Assembly (NCBI GenBank): GCA_026023565.1
Contig: JAPETS010000003.1
Coordinates: forward strand, 992,001 to 1,056,000
Reading direction: 5' to 3'
Source: Cirrosporium novae-zelandiae
Lineage: Eukaryota
DNA length: 64,000 nucleotides
This document shows positions 63,177-64,000 of this stretch, in pieces; positions within the stretch are counted from its first letter, which is position 1, and every line of letters starts with the position of its first letter. The notes beneath the pieces were generated by a model. It was not told where the DNA came from. It did not search any database and worked only from the letters and a program-made list of their open reading frames with translations. Made by a program: the position numbers and the translations under genes.

Positions 63177-64000
63177 AGTCGACGATATGCATGTCGGTAC
63201 ATTAAAAAAAATAGGTGTGTTGTGGCTTAACTTACCCTATGGTACAATTTTAGCTATTGTACTCGTTCAGTTGGTCTTCATGCAGCCTACTTATGTTGGG
63301 TAGACCACGCCTTTGAGGAGGTATTCGGTTATAGTAAGTATTAAACGAGTTATCAAGGGCTGTTTCGGTGGTGGGGAGAAAGAAGTTGTAGGGGAGTAGT
63401 TATGATTAAATAGGAAAAATATTCTAGTTGAGTTCGATATCCTCACCAGTGTACTATGATACTCTGGACAACCAGTTCTAACCCTGGAACCAACGATGAG
63501 TGATATATTCAGTGCTGATGAATTAAGGGTATATAGAGCAAAAGCCCCGGGTCCAGTCCGAGAAATAACTGGTTCCAAAGGTTTTGAAGTTGTGAAAGAT
63601 GGATGTGGACAAATTTCAAAGCACTTGAGACTTAAGAAATGTAGAGCTAGCATATAGGCCGCTTAAGTAGAAAGAACTTACTACCATTCACTCGCATAGC
63701 CATTATTGTGTTGTGTTGTTGAAAGTTTTTAATAAAACACCCCTTCAGGCGAAATAGAGACACCTGAATCGATTTTTCCACGCCCGAAAATTGAAGCCCA
63801 AGCTGCTCTCCTCTCTGTTGCTTAACTGATATCGTACAGATCCTCCCTCTGATCACCCCCTGCTATTACAACGTCATAGTCCTACAAACCCCCAACTCAG
63901 TTTAACCCGCATACCTCCTTCCATCTCTCAACTTATGGATACTCGGCCTGCTATGTTTCTTTGGTGTTTCCCCTCGAGGAGAACTGTCTGCTGGATACCT

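Noticed and set aside
1..64000. CRISPR arrays, rRNA or tRNA genes
   Set aside because: None found; repeats are SSRs or coding repeats without unique spacers.

Overview
Intron-rich genomic DNA from a filamentous ascomycete (Pezizomycotina-like GT-AG introns of about 50 nt; species not identifiable). Genes from left to right: 5' part of mitochondrial GatA/HER2 amidotransferase (-), UPR bZIP factor HAC1/hacA with a 20-nt IRE1-type intron, ESCRT-III DID2, a solo LTR beside a dead Tc1/mariner transposase, an Rds1-like ferritin-fold protein, a Goodbye-NACHT-TPR-ZZ NLR-like gene, a second solo LTR of the same family, and a PTH11-like membrane protein divergent from an O-methyltransferase. A gene-poor, SSR-rich tract of about 9 kb follows. 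After it come a divergent GH13 alpha-amylase / alpha-1,3-glucan synthase pair, a BCKDH/PDH-type kinase, UBP15/USP7, a p24 protein, an AIG2/GGCT-like protein, a Ulp2-like SUMO protease, a class II eIF4E and a kinase pseudogene. Best leads: (1) the HAC1 dual-coding 3' region, where the spliced frame has a stop inside a motif that stays intact in the unspliced frame; (2) an unassigned structured-RNA candidate of about 200 nt between gatA and hacA; (3) an in-frame GPI-like tail beyond the amylase stop that a 36-nt intron could unlock; (4) a small LTR family with two copies just 3' of genes. All calls are by eye, exon boundaries are inferred, and no database searches were run.
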